Assembly: GCF_000372725.1 (NCBI RefSeq)
Contig: NW_005202368.1
Span: 294,293-358,292 of the forward strand
Length of the DNA stretch: 64,000 bases
Source: Emiliania huxleyi CCMP1516
Taxonomy: Eukaryota
Direction of reading: 5' to 3'
This document shows, piece after piece, positions 25,070 through 36,748 of this stretch. How positions within the stretch are numbered: the first letter of the stretch is position 1; each line of letters opens with the position of its first letter. The translations under genes and the position numbers were made by a program. The notes under the pieces were generated by a model. It saw nothing but the letters and a program-made list of their open reading frames with translations, ran no database searches and was not told the origin of the DNA.

Positions 25070-26312
25070 AGCGCGAAAGGGGGGCGCGCTGCGGCTCGCT
25101 GGCGGAGGTGAAGCCCCCCAGAGCGGGAGCTGGCGGGCCGGGGGCGTCGGTCGTGTGCGCGGCGGCACCCGTGCCACCGGGACGGGCCGAGGTGGCCCGC
25201 GGGGCAGACGTGAAGGGCCGTTTGGTGCGCCCCGGCGGCCTCCTGCACGGCGGCCGCCGGGGCCGGTTTGGACTGTGTTTGGGGGGGTGGAGGGGTCCGA
25301 TGGCCGGTGTTATGGTCGTTTATCACCCTCCTATCACCCACTTACCGCCCCCGGCCGTGGGGACCTCTCCAGACGCCGCCATTCATGATTTAAAAGGGTC
25401 CTGCCGACGCTCATCACAGTGCGGCGGAGCCTGCCGGAAAAAATCCGGGGTTTAGCTGGCATATCTCGGGCCCACCTTAGAGCTAGGGCATGATCTTAGG
25501 TGTTCTGGATAGCCCACAAGGGTCTTCTGTGGCATGGTAGCGGTGGTTTTGCGCGAGGCGTTCATTCAAAAATCACCATTTCCCCCACTAATGTTCATGT
25601 TCATGTTCATGTTCACACTTGAGGCAAACCCCACTTTGGGACCTGTTTGAGGCGGTGTGGCGGCACTCACAGGGCACGGGAAGCTCTCCCGCCGCGTCTG
25701 CGTGGCCCGCCCGAGCCGCGGGGAACGGCGCGCGCCCCTCCCGGCGGAGCTGGGTGCGGCAGACGGGCCCACGGGTCGGTTCCGGGCCGATTTGGGGCCG
25801 TTCTGTGTAGTTCTGGGTCAAAATCGAGCTACCGGCCGGCATAGCCCTTCCAGCGCCGGCCGGGGGCTGCGGCGGCGCGCGGCGCGCGGCGGGCAAGCTG
25901 CCTGCTGGCGGGCGGCGCTTCTAGTCGTGATTTTAGTGCCGCGTAGGTCGCCCTTCGGCCACTTCTCGGGCGTGCGGCCGCGGTGCGCGAAAGGGGGGCG
26001 CGCTGCGGCTCGCTGGCGGAGGTGAAAGCGGGAGCTGGCGGGCCGGGGGCGTCGGGCGGGTGCGTGAAGGGCCGTGGTGGCCCGTGTGGCGGTCGTGAAG
26101 GGCCGTTTGGTGCGCCCCGGCGGCCTCGTGCACGGCGGCCGCCGGAGCCGGTTTGGACTGTGTTTGGGGGGGTGGGGAGGGGTCCGATGGCCGGTGTTAT
26201 GGTCGTTTATCACCCTCCTATCACCCACTTACCGCCCCCGGCCGTGGGGGCCTCTCCAGACGCCGCCATTTATGATTTCAAAGGGTCCTGCCGACGCTCA
26301 TCACAGTGCGGC
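25070..26312. repeat. Direct repeat pair of about 330-350 bp (25070-25425 and 25986-26312)
   Basis: Both copies run from 'gcgcgaaaggggggcgcgctgcggctcgctggcggaggtgaa' to 'aaagggtcctgccgacgctcatcacagtgcggcg'. Confidence 0.9.
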
Positions 26313-26861
26313 GCGAGCCTCTCCTTGCCCCAAAACACCTCGCGCGGTGTGTGTGGAGAAGTTTACCTTACCTTACCCTTACCTCTCTTTCCGTCCCGAG
26401 CGCCGAGGTACACGCACAAGTCTTTCTGTCTCTTTCAACACGTAACCTTTTTAAAGCCAGGCTTTTTCAACACGTAACCAGACTAGTTCCTCGTGGCCGG
26501 TCCCGGCGGGCGTGCATGGCGTCGGCAGCGCCTCCGGCACGCTGGCCAGGCTCGACACCTTCCCCAGAGGACCACTCCCGTGAGCCCGGCGGCGACGGCA
26601 AAGAGCACCGCCCCGCCCAGCGTGCCGCCGAGCATGGAGCGGAGGGGCACCATCGACCCCGCGCCCTCCTCAGCGAGGCTCGCCCCTGCTGTGCCGCTGT
26701 CGGGCGCGTAGAGCGCGTAGAGCGCGTCGGAATCTAGTCCGAGGCACGCGCTCACCGCACTCTGGGCGCTCATAGCGCCCTCGGCGACGGCAAGCACGGC
26801 GGCTCCACCGCCCGAGGCCGACTCGGGCGCACACCCCCTCGTGCGCCGCATGCCTTGGTTA

Positions 26862-27474
26862 TCACGCGCCCTGCAACGCTTGCTCGTAGACCCTGCGGCG
26901 CGCCACCGCCTTCGGGTTGGCCGGGTCGTACCGCAAGACGTGGAGCGTGTCTGCGAGCGCCGCCTCGGGCTCGCGCATCTGCTGCCTGTTCACACCTCGG
27001 GCCGTGAACGGCGTGCCTTCACACCTCGACGCCTCGGGCTCCGCCTCTGCCGCCCACGGTGTGAATACGCCGAGGGCAGGGTGTGAATACGGTGTTGTGC
27101 AATGCACTCGGAGCCCAGCGAGAATACAGTGGCTTCGAACAGAGCTGAATGCAGCGGAATCGAGCCTCCTCTCGAGTGCTCGGGTGACACTGATCTCCCC
27201 CTCCCCCCCCCCCCCCCTCCCTCCCTCTAGAGCTCTGCTGCCGGCACGCTGCGCGGTTGGAGTAGCAAGCGAGCGCCAGGTCGGTGTACGCGCACGGCAA
27301 CACCTAGGTACCCGTCACTGACCACTCACTCTCAGCAATGCACAGCTAGTCGGCCGCACTCGCGCGGCCGCACCGCGAGCGCGCGGCTGTACGCCCCTGC
27401 GGCCGCCTCGAAGCGCGACTCGCGGTACGCCTCGTTGCCGCGCTCCTTGAGGGCGAGCGCCTGTGGACGAGATC
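26862..27474 (-). CDS. TPR-repeat protein, 3' exons (5' part lost in the gap)
   Basis: Exon peptides 'ALALKERGNEAYRESRFEAAAGAYSRAL', 'LACYSNRAACRQQ' and 'MREPEAALADTLHVLRYDPANPKAVARR' fit a co-chaperone-type TPR triplet. Confidence 0.8.
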
Positions 27475-28445
27475 NNNNNNNNNNNNNNNNNNNNNNNNNN
27501 NNNNNNNNNNNNNNNNNNNNNNNNNNNNNNNNNNNNNNNNNNNNNNNNNNNNNNNNNNNNNNNNNNNNNNNNNNNNNNNNNNNNNNNNNNNNNNNNNNNN
27601 NNNNNNNNNNNNNNNNNNNNNNNNNNNNNNNNNNNNNNNNNNNNNNNNNNNNNNNNNNNNNNNNNNNNNNNNNNNNNNNNNNNNNNNNNNNNNNNNNNNN
27701 NNNNNNNNNNNNNNNNNNNNNNNNNNNNNNNNNNNNNNNNNNNNNNNNNNNNNNNNNNNNNNNNNNNNNNNNNNNNNNNNNNNNNNNNNNNNNNNNNNNN
27801 NNNNNNNNNNNNNNNNNNNNNNNNNNNNNNNNNNNNNNNNNNNNNNNNNNNNNNNNNNNNNNNNNNNNNNNNNNNNNNNNNNNNNNNNNNNNNNNNNNNN
27901 NNNNNNNNNNNNNNNNNNNNNNNNNNNNNNNNNNNNNNNNNNNNNNNNNNNNNNNNNNNNNNNNNNNNNNNNNNNNNNNNNNNNNNNNNNNNNNNNNNNN
28001 NNNNNNNNNNNNNNNNNNNNNNNNNNNNNNNNNNNNNNNNNNNNNNNNNNNNNNNNNNNNNNNNNNNNNNNNNNNNNNNNNNNNNNNNNNNNNNNNNNNN
28101 NNNNNNNNNNNNNNNNNNNNNNNNNNNNNNNNNNNNNNNNNNNNNNNNNNNNNNNNNNNNNNNNNNNNNNNNNNNNNNNNNNNNNNNNNNNNNNNNNNNN
28201 NNNNNNNNNNNNNNNNNNNNNNNNNNNNNNNNNNNNNNNNNNNNNNNNNNNNNNNNNNNNNNNNNNNNNNNNNNNNNNNNNNNNNNNNNNNNNNNNNNNN
28301 NNNNNNNNNNNNNNNNNNNNNNNNNNNNNNNNNNNNNNNNNNNNNNNNNNNNNNNNNNNNNNNNNNNNNNNNNNNNNNNNNNNNNNNNNNNNNNNNNNNN
28401 NNNNNNNNNNNNNNNNNNNNNNNNNNNNNNNNNNNNNNNNNNNNG

Positions 28446-28842
28446 GGGAGGTGTGGGGAGGTCCGGGGAGATGTGGGGAGGTGTGGGGAGCTGAGAAAAG
28501 GTGTGGGGAGGTGTGGGGAGGTGTGGGGAGCTGCGGGGAGATGTGGGGAGGTGTGGGGAGGTGTGGGGAGGTGTGGGCAAGGTGTGGGGAGGTGTGGGGA
28601 GATGTGGGGAGGTGTGGGGAGGTGTGGGAAGTCGTGGGAAGGTGTGGGGAGGTGTGGGGAGGTCTGGGGAGGTGTGGGGAGGTGTGGGGAGGTGTGGGGA
28701 GGTGTGGGGAGGTGTGGGGAGGTGTGGGGAGGTGTGGGGAGATGTGGGGAGGTGTGGGGAGGTGTGGGGAGGTGTGGGGAGGTGTGGGGAGGTGTGGGAA
28801 GATGTGGGGAGGTGTGGGGAGGTGTGGGGAGATGTGGGGAGA
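28446..28842. repeat. 10-bp minisatellite (gtgtggggag)n adjacent to the gap
   Basis: About 40 units visible; the array likely continues into the N gap. Confidence 0.95.
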
Positions 28843-29056
28843 TTTCCGACAAAGGCCTCCTCGAGCCTGACCCGGAAGGCTGTCTCTCGGCCATCTCTCG
28901 GCCATCTCTCGGCCTTCTCTCGGCCATCTCTCGGCTGCCTCTCGCCTGCCCCACCCGTCGGCGATGCCGTCCAACCGCAGCAAGGCACCGCGCGTCTTTC
29001 GGCCGACCACGCGCCCCCACGGCCGCTCCCGCACCGGCGTGCCTCCGCCCACCTCC

Positions 29057-29206
29057 AAGGTCAGGTAAGGTCAGGTAACCTTCTCAACACACGCGAGGTG
29101 GTGGGGCAAGGGCCGGGCAGTCCCTCGCGTCTCCACGTCTAACGACAGGAGCCCCACGGCATTCAAAGTGCAAGGCCAAGTGCGCGTGGGTGAGCGGTGG
29201 GTGTGC

Positions 29207-29273
<67 letters not shown>

Positions 29274-29380
29274 CGTGTGTGTGCGTGTGTGCGTGTGTGT
29301 GTGCGTGCGTGCGTGTGAGCGGTGTGTGAGCGGTGTGTGAGCGGTGTGTGTGCGTGTGAGCGGTGTGTGTGCGTGTGTGC
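29057..29380 (+). mobile_element. Short (GT)n-tailed dispersed element (copies at 48259-48450 and 56701-56922)
   Basis: Shared 'ggtaa..ttctc.acaca..cgaggtggtggggcaaggg...ccctcgcgtctccacgtctaacgacaggagccccacggcatt.aaagtg...gtgcgcgtgggtgagcggt' followed by (GT)n. Confidence 0.8.
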
Positions 29381-29559
29381 CCCCACCTCCACCCACATCC
29401 GAACCGTCATGCCTCGGGGGGCAGCGGGCCCCGCCGCCTATGTACCAACGGACCAACCCATTCACTCTTAACACTCCGAGCCGTCAGTGCCGCGGGAGGG
29501 GCACGCCACGCCGCCTAGACGCGGCGGAAAATCTCCCCGTATCTCCCCGTATCTCGCCA

Positions 29560-31000
29560 TATCTCGAGGCGCGGCTGCCGCCGCGAGGGCACGACGGGCG
29601 CGAGTGCTGCAAGGCAAGCACGGCCGAAGACGCGTCCTCTCTAGTGGGAGAACACGATTCCGTGTCCCGCTTCTCTAGGCCCCAGAGACGAGATCTGGGG
29701 AGATACGGCGGGGGGGGGAGATAGGGGGAGATCTTCCGCTTCTAAGCCCCACCGCCGTCGTTGCAGCCGCGGCCTGCCACCGCACCGCCGGAGCACTCCC
29801 GGCGTTGCGCGCGGCCCGCGGCCCGCCTGTTGCATATCTCCCCGTATCTCCCCGCATCCCCCTGTATCTCGCGGCGTGCGGGCAGAGAGAGAGGGGGAGG
29901 GGGGGGGGCGAGGGGCGAGCTAGCACCCCAAGTCCACTGGACCACACCTTCCTCCCGCCTTCACTACTTGTGTCTTCCTACACGTTGTCCTTCCCTACTG
30001 TGTCTCCACTACACGTTGTGTGTGTACTGGCCCGCCAGCATCGCCGACGCGCAGCCAGCCCTCGCACGGCTCGCGGCAGCCTGTCCACAGCAACCCGCCC
30101 TGGTCAGACGCTGTCCACAGCGCAGCCAGCCCTCGCACGGCTCGCAAGCAGCCTGGCTTGAAGAAGTCAGCCTCCAGCCGCGCCCAGCCGCCCACCTATC
30201 TCGGCTCGATCTCGGCTCGATCTCGGCTCGATCTCGGCTCTATCTCGGCTCGATCTCGGCTCGATCTCGGCTCGATCTCGGCTCGATCTCGGCGTCAAGC
30301 CGCCAGACCTGTCAGGACCCTGCTCCGCAACTAGCGAGGCGAGATACGTGGAGATTTGGGGAGATCTGCCCAGCAGCCCGCCTCCAAATCGCAACGCACG
30401 ACACGCCCCGCCGCTCGCTTGCCAATCGGCGGACCACCTATGGGGAGATCTGGGGAGATCTGGGGAGATCTGGGGAGATGCGCTTGCCACTCGGAGGACC
30501 ACCCGGGCTCTCGCAGACCACGGCGTGCGGCGTCGCGCGCACGCGGTACCTCCGCACCTGTTCACAGCTGCCGGCTGTGAAGAGACGCCGTTCACACTCA
30601 CAGCGCACGCGGTGCTTCCGTACCTCCCGCGCCGCCCGGTCGTCCACCGGCGCCAGCAGCACTCCGAGCCCGATCTTGGCGCCGCTGAGCAGCATCCAGC
30701 CCTCGCCTGGATGAAGATTCCGGGAAAGTTCCGAGCCGGCTCCGGGAAGGCTCGTCGGACGCAGCTTCCAGCCATCGCCTCCTCCGCCCAGCCCTCCCTT
30801 TGGCGCGCCTCCGAAGCGCTCGTCCCGCAGCCGCACCCACCCCCCCGTCTCGCCTAGATGCGAGAGCCCCGAGGAAAGGTCACGGAAAGGTCCGAGAAGC
30901 TTCGCCTGCAACCAACCCTCCCGTCTCGCCGCCGACCGTGCGCGCGTCTGTTCGGACGACGTCGCCGCACGACTTTGCGCCGACCGCGCGGCCGCCCGGC
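29560..31000 (-). CDS. Probable multi-exon hypothetical protein (structure unresolved)
   Basis: Coding-like blocks ('GGWVRLRDE', 'GEGWMLLSGAKIGLGVLLAPV', 'EGWLRV') alternate with intron-type minisatellites (atctcggctcg, ggggagatct). Confidence 0.3.
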
Positions 31001-31486
31001 GCGTGCCTGTGGCGGGCAGGGCGTCCGACGAACACACTAGGCCTGTGGTGCGGGCTGTGGTGTGGGCGGTGGCGACAGCGGCGACAGCGGCGGCGGTGGA
31101 AGCGGCAGCTGTGCCGGGTGAGTAGAGCTGGCGATGGCGTGCAGCGCCGCTGTGCGTGTACCCACAACGTTTCGGGGTGCGTTCGCGAAGCTGATGCTCT
31201 CTCTGCGCTCGTGTTTGTGGCACTCACCGCACGAGGACCGATGGAGCGTGCACGACACGGTAGATTCCGCTCTCCTCCTTGACGCGTGTCTGGTTGGCGG
31301 ACATCACGTCACAGACGGCCTGTAGAGCGGGTGCGCCTGGTGTGCGTGAGAGGGATGTCGCTGTCGGCCTGCGAGCGAGGTCGCCTCGGCTCCGGGGCGA
31401 GGGCGGCCCACAAGCGCAACGGGGATTTTTCTTCGTAGGTATGCCGTACGAAAGTGTGAACAGGAAGGAGTAGAAAGGGGGGGGGG

Positions 31487-31543
<57 letters not shown>

Positions 31544-31658
31544 CGAAACCCTTGAGTGTGACATGGCTGGTGCGTCTCTCGGAGCGCCTCCATTGAGCGC
31601 GGCCCGGGTCCCCCCCCCCTTTCAAGGGTCCTTTGGGACAAAAGGGGTGAGATTGTGA

Positions 31659-34600
31659 ATGAGCTTGTCTGCGGCGGGGGCCGGCGCGGCTGCAGACGCG
31701 CCGCTGCTCGGCCAGCGCGTCCTGCTCGGCGGGCTCTCCTCCCGCCCCGAGCTAAACGGGCAGCGGGGCGTTGCGCAGAGCTTCGAGGGCGGGAGGTACG
31801 CGGTGGCGCTCGAGGGCGGCGGCGAGAGCGTGCGGGTGCGGCCGGGTAATCTGTCGCCGGCTGCGGCGGAGCGGGCGTCGAGCGGTGCCGCGGCAGCCCC
31901 CGATGCGGTCATCGCAGCAGCGGAGCGTGGCGAGGAGGAGGCGGTGCTGGCGTGGCTTGAGGGCGGCGGGCGGGCCGACGCGACGTACGAGAGAGACGGC
32001 TTGAGCGGCCTCACGCTGCTGATGGGCGCCGCCAACAACGGCCACGAGCGAGTGGTCGAGATGGTGCTGCGGGGCGGGGCAGAGGTCAACCTGCAGAACA
32101 GCAGCGGCTGGACTGCGCTGATGATGGCCGCCTTCCAAGGCCACGAGCGGGTGGTCGACCTGCTGATACGGCGCGGCGCGGAGGTCAACTTGCAGAGCAG
32201 CAAAGGCGTCACCGCGCTGATGCACGCCGCTTCCTTCGGCCGCCCCGCCGTCGTGCGGCGCTTGCTGCGGGCGGGCGCAAACACCGCGGCGCGCAATGCG
32301 AGCGGCAAGACGGCGCCGCAGCTGGCCAAGGAGAAGGGCAACACCGAGTGCGTCGAGGCCTTCAAGAAGCACGTCCAGGAGGTGGTGGCGGGACGGCTCA
32401 CGGCGACGGCAGCCGACGGCGAAGGCGCAGGCGGCGCTTCCTCCGGCGGCGCTTCCTCGGCTGGATCGAGCGTCGCGAAAACGCTATCTCCAGCGGTGGC
32501 GGCGGGGCGGGCGTCAAGCGGTGGCGTGGTAGTCTCCGACGAGGTCGTGGCAGCGGCTGAGCGAGGCGAGGAGGAGGCGGTGCTGGCGTGGCTTGACAGT
32601 GGCGGGCGGGCCGACGCGACGTACGAGAGTGACGGCGTCAGCGGCATCACGCTGCTGATGGTCGCCGCTTGCTACGGCCACGAGCGGGTGGTCGAGTTGC
32701 TGCTGCGACACAGTGCAGAGATCAACCTGCAGAACAGCAAAGGTGGCACCGCGCTGATGGTCGCCGCCCGCACCGGCCACGAGCGGGTGGTCGACTTGCT
32801 GCTGCAGCGCGGCGCGGAGATCGACCTGCAGAACAGCAGCGGCAACACCGCGCTGATGGCTGCCGCCGGCTACGGCCACGAGCGGGTGGTCGAGCTGCTG
32901 CTGCAGCGCGGCGCGGAGATCAACCTGCAGGAAAGCGGCGGCTCCACCGCGTTGATGTTCGCCGCCGGCAACGGCCGCGAGCGGGTGGTCGAGCTGCTGA
33001 TTCGGCGCGGCGCGGAGATCAACCTACAGGACAGCGACGGCGACACCGCGTTGATGACCGCCGCCTTCGGCCACCCCGCCGTCGTGCGGCGCTTGCTGCG
33101 GGCGGGCGCAGACGCGGCGGCGCGCAATGCGAGCGGCACGACGGCGCTCCAGATGGCCAAGGAGCAAGGCCACGCCGCATGCGTGCGCGCCCTCGGGGAG
33201 CATGCGGCGGCGGCGGCGGCGGCTGAGAAGGCGGCGAAGGAGGCGGCGTGGGTTGCGGGGGCGGAGGCGAGGGAGGCGGAGAGAGCGGCGGCAGAGGCGA
33301 CTGCGGCGCGGCATGCCGAGGCGCTGCTGGCGGAGGAGGAGGCGGAGAAGGAGGAGCGCGCCAAGGAGAGCAAGAAGGGCAAGAAGAAGAAGAAGAAGAA
33401 GAGCGGCGGCGGCGAGGCAGACAACGAGGCGCCTGGCCCCAGCGCCACCGCCGATTTGCAGCCGCCAACCCCACCGCCAGCCCCATCTCCTCCGCCCGCC
33501 GACGCAGCCGCCATCGCCGCGGCGGACGAGGCGCTGCAGCAGGCAGTGGCCGCTGGCTCGTACGAGGGACTAGCGAGCGCGCTGGAGGCGTACAGCAGCC
33601 TCGCGAGCCCGGCCGTGCTGGCGGCGGCGAGGCGCGCGCGTGACAAGCTCAAGGAGGCGCGGAGGCGGGACAGCCAGCGGTTGCGCAAGGCGCATGGCGC
33701 GGCGATGGGCGCGCTCAAGTCGCTCGACACCGCAGACAGCCCCTCCGCGCTCCGAGCGGGCATCGCCGCCGCCAGGCCGCACGTGGGCGCGCTGCCTGCT
33801 TTGGCCGAGGAGGTTAGCGCGGCAGAATCGAAGCTGGGAGAGCTGTCTGTCGCCGCCGCGCCAGCCGCGGCGGAGGCGGCTGTTGCTCGGCCAGTCGAGA
33901 TAGCCCTGTCGGACCTCACCGCGGCTACCGACGGGTTTGCAGAGGGCAAGCTGATTGGCAGCGGCGGCTTCAGCCACGTCTACGAGGCGTCGGCCGACCT
34001 CCACCTCTCCCTCGCCGCGCCGCCGCAGCTGCGCCACTTGCCGCTCGTCGTCAAGCGGGCAAAGTCGGGCCAGTCGGGCGGCTTGTCTCGGGCGGAGCTC
34101 GAGGTGAAGCTTCTCAAGGCGGTGAGCCACCCGCACCTGCTGCCGCTGCTCGGCTACTGCCTCTCGCCCGACGGCGTCTGCCTCCTCTCGCCGCTGATGC
34201 GCGGCGGCTCGCTCGAGGCGCGGCTGCGTATCTCGGATCCCGACCGAGCGGCGCAGCTCCGGCGGCTGGGGATGGTAGAGCCGCCGAGGCCGCTGACGTG
34301 GCGGCAGCGCGTTCGCATTGCGTGCGAGGCGACCGAGGCGCTCGTCTACCTCCACTCGAAGGGCATCGTGCACCGCGACGTGAAGCCGGACAACATCCTG
34401 CTCGATGAGGAGCTGACCGCCGTGCTCGCCGACACGGGCTTCGCCAAGGACCAGCGGCCGGACGCGTCTGTTCGCTGCCGCTCGACTGCCCTCTACATGA
34501 CCACGGGCTACCTCTGCCCCTCCATCACCAAGGGGGGCGAGTACTCGAGCAAGACGGACGGCTACGCCATCGGCATCACCCTCCTCGTCTGCCTCACCAG

Positions 34601-35276
34601 CCGCTCCGAGGTGCAGCTCACCGACCGGTGCGAGGAGGAGTTTGACGGACTCTGGACCAACATCGACGCGTCCAAGATCGCAGAGGCGGCGGCGGGGTGG
34701 CCGGATTTAGCGGCGCGCGCTGTCAAGGACCTCGCCAAGGCGGGAGACGGGCAGAAGAGCCTCTGCCACGACAGCTTGCGCAACCGCTGCACGCTACCCG
34801 AGGCTCTCACGACGCTCCGGGGGCTGCTGTGTGGCGCACAAGGCGGGGCGGGGGTGGAGGAGGCTGCGCCGGCACCTGGAGACGAGGCCGCTGCGGCAGC
34901 CGCCCGCACCACCGGGTACGAGCCTTCGCCGCTCTCGGTGCAGGTGCGCGGCATGCGCATGGGCGGCGACGCGCAGGCGCGCATCCAGGACAACATGATG
35001 CTCGCCTTCAAGACGCTGATGCCGCGCCTCGACGCTGCTTACGCCTCGCGCTCTGCGGCGGCGCCCGACAGCTTCGAGGAGCGCATCAACTTTTGGCACC
35101 GCGAGTGCGGCCTGCCGACAGAGCTGCGGAGCCAGCTGCACTCGCTGCGCATCTGGGCGAACGCGGCGAGGCACCACGACGCGGCGAGGTGGCGGAGGGA
35201 CGGGCCGCGCAGCGAGGGGGAGGCTTCGCGGCTCGTGGCCGCGGTGACGGAGACGATCGGGGCGATCGAGGGGTAA
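31659..35276 (+). CDS. Ankyrin-repeat / Pelle-IRAK(RLK)-like protein kinase with an N-terminal SH3-like module and a possible HEPN/DUF4145-like C-terminus
   Basis: Intronless 1205-aa ORF. Two ankyrin blocks (3 and 5 TALMxAAxxGH-type repeats). Kinase motifs 'LSDLTAATDGFAEGKLIGSGGFSHVY', 'LTWRQRVRIA' and 'HRDVKPDNILLD'. C-terminal 'LHSLRIWANAARHH'. Confidence 0.9.
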   Translation: MSLSAAGAGAAADAPLLGQRVLLGGLSSRPELNGQRGVAQSFEGGRYAVALEGGGESVRVRPGNLSPAAAERASSGAAAAPDAVIAAAERGEEEAVLAWLEGGGRADATYERDGLSGLTLLMGAANNGHERVVEMVLRGGAEVNLQNSSGWTALMMAAFQGHERVVDLLIRRGAEVNLQSSKGVTALMHAASFGRPAVVRRLLRAGANTAARNASGKTAPQLAKEKGNTECVEAFKKHVQEVVAGRLTATAADGEGAGGASSGGASSAGSSVAKTLSPAVAAGRASSGGVVVSDEVVAAAERGEEEAVLAWLDSGGRADATYESDGVSGITLLMVAACYGHERVVELLLRHSAEINLQNSKGGTALMVAARTGHERVVDLLLQRGAEIDLQNSSGNTALMAAAGYGHERVVELLLQRGAEINLQESGGSTALMFAAGNGRERVVELLIRRGAEINLQDSDGDTALMTAAFGHPAVVRRLLRAGADAAARNASGTTALQMAKEQGHAACVRALGEHAAAAAAAEKAAKEAAWVAGAEAREAERAAAEATAARHAEALLAEEEAEKEERAKESKKGKKKKKKKSGGGEADNEAPGPSATADLQPPTPPPAPSPPPADAAAIAAADEALQQAVAAGSYEGLASALEAYSSLASPAVLAAARRARDKLKEARRRDSQRLRKAHGAAMGALKSLDTADSPSALRAGIAAARPHVGALPALAEEVSAAESKLGELSVAAAPAAAEAAVARPVEIALSDLTAATDGFAEGKLIGSGGFSHVYEASADLHLSLAAPPQLRHLPLVVKRAKSGQSGGLSRAELEVKLLKAVSHPHLLPLLGYCLSPDGVCLLSPLMRGGSLEARLRISDPDRAAQLRRLGMVEPPRPLTWRQRVRIACEATEALVYLHSKGIVHRDVKPDNILLDEELTAVLADTGFAKDQRPDASVRCRSTALYMTTGYLCPSITKGGEYSSKTDGYAIGITLLVCLTSRSEVQLTDRCEEEFDGLWTNIDASKIAEAAAGWPDLAARAVKDLAKAGDGQKSLCHDSLRNRCTLPEALTTLRGLLCGAQGGAGVEEAAPAPGDEAAAAAARTTGYEPSPLSVQVRGMRMGGDAQARIQDNMMLAFKTLMPRLDAAYASRSAAAPDSFEERINFWHRECGLPTELRSQLHSLRIWANAARHHDAARWRRDGPRSEGEASRLVAAVTETIGAIEG

Positions 35277-35583
35277 ATATATTTGTGTACGAAGTACGAG
35301 ACTCGAGGTGACGAGGTACCCATAAAGCCGTATGAGACACCGTCGATGTGTAAAAGCTAGCCCCCTTCAGGCTTCACAGAGAAAAGAGAGCCGCTCTCGC
35401 TCTCCCTGGCCTGGCGCTCTGTCTGCCCGCACGACGGCCCCGGCGGGGCCGGCGCGCGTCTAACGTATGCCTGCCGCGTGCTACTATAGCGCTCGCGTGT
35501 CGTCGTGTGTGTGTGCCCACCCCCACCGCGGCTGCACTCCCCTCCCCCGGCTCAGCCTCGGCCGCCAGCCGAACCAGCCACCG

Positions 35584-36338
35584 CTACGGCGGCTCGGGCG
35601 CGGCGCGCGGCAAGTCCGAAAAGTCGGCGACAGCGTCGTCGGGCTGCTGCGGCACGCTGCAGCGGTTGTGCCGAGGGTCGAGGTTCATCGAGCAGTACCT
35701 GGCAGAGGCAGCGGCACGCGTAAGCGGCTTGAGAAGGGGGGGTGACTGGGAGCGAGGAGGAGCAGCGAGAGGAGAAGGAGCGAGAGGAGAAGGGACGAGA
35801 CGCGGATGAGAGGCGGGACGAGGGTGGCGGGCGAGCAAGGGGGGGGCTTGCGGAGGACATAGGCGCGGTGGAGCAGTCACCATGGCTCGCCCTCGGCACC
35901 GACCGAGTGGTCGGGCACGATGCGCCACTTGCCACACACATCGCACTGCAGCCAGGTGCAGATGAGATCGGTGCCTTCGTCCACCTCCTCCTCCTCCTCG
36001 TCGTCGTCGTCGCCCCTCTCATGGTGGAGGTCTTCCACGCGAAATCGCTTCGGCCGGGGCAGCCGCGAAGAGCGCGGCCGCTGCGCGTGCAGCAGTAGCT
36101 TGACGCGCCCGCCGCTGACAGTCCGCAGCCGCGCACTCACGGGCGCTTTCGGGTCGAGCGCTACCCGGCTGCCGAGCGAGCAAACGCGGCTGCCCCGCAC
36201 CTTGCCCGCCGCCAAGGCTTTGGCCGCAGCAGCGCCACCATCGCCGTTCGCCTCGCCGGCCCACCGGCGCTGGTCGACGCGCTTCACGCTTAAGCGCAGC
36301 CTCACGCGCACCTCGCCTCCCGAGCGCGCGCTGGGCAC
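35584..36338 (-). CDS. CW-type zinc finger protein (5' end uncertain)
   Basis: Splicing the GT-AG intron 35699-35880 joins 'TWLQCDVCGKWRIVP...EPW' to 'YCSMNLDPRHNRCSVPQ', giving a complete zf-CW. Confidence 0.85.
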
Positions 36339-36748
36339 CGAGAGCTATCCTTCTCCATTCTCCACCCTGAAGGTTCCAGGTCCCGTGCCCTCCGTCGGCA
36401 CCGCGTCCGCGGCGGCCGGGGGGGCCTCCGCGTGCCCCGGGGGGCTTCCCGGCGGCGAGACGGGCTCCGTTCGGGCCAGCGACAACGGGGCGTCGATTGG
36501 CCCCGTCGCACCGGCCGTGTCGTAAAGTCGCTCGGACCGGCCGATCGCGTGGAGTCCTCGGCGGGGGCAACAGCAGCGCGCCGCATCCTCCTCCAGTGTG
36601 TGTGCGCCATCCGCGTTCGAGCAGTGCGGGCCAGCCAGTTGCACAGCGCCACAAGCGGGGCCAGCAGCAGCACCGCCAGCACCGCCCACCCCCAGCCCGT
36701 CAGAGGGGGCGGTGGCGGCTCCTCGCCGTTGGTCGCGTTGTGCGCCAG

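Noticed and set aside
24146..25455. Pro-rich extensin-like ORFs
   Set aside because: Low-complexity ccg repeats flanked by and overlapping dispersed repeats, with no credible start or domain.
28446..28842. G-rich tandem repeat as a telomere
   Set aside because: The unit is not TTAGGG-like, it is internal, and it resembles intronic minisatellites elsewhere in the window.
27315..29142. Long ORFs (PHTS/GRCGEVW repeats) spanning the gap
   Set aside because: Artefacts of N runs and a stop-free 10-bp minisatellite.
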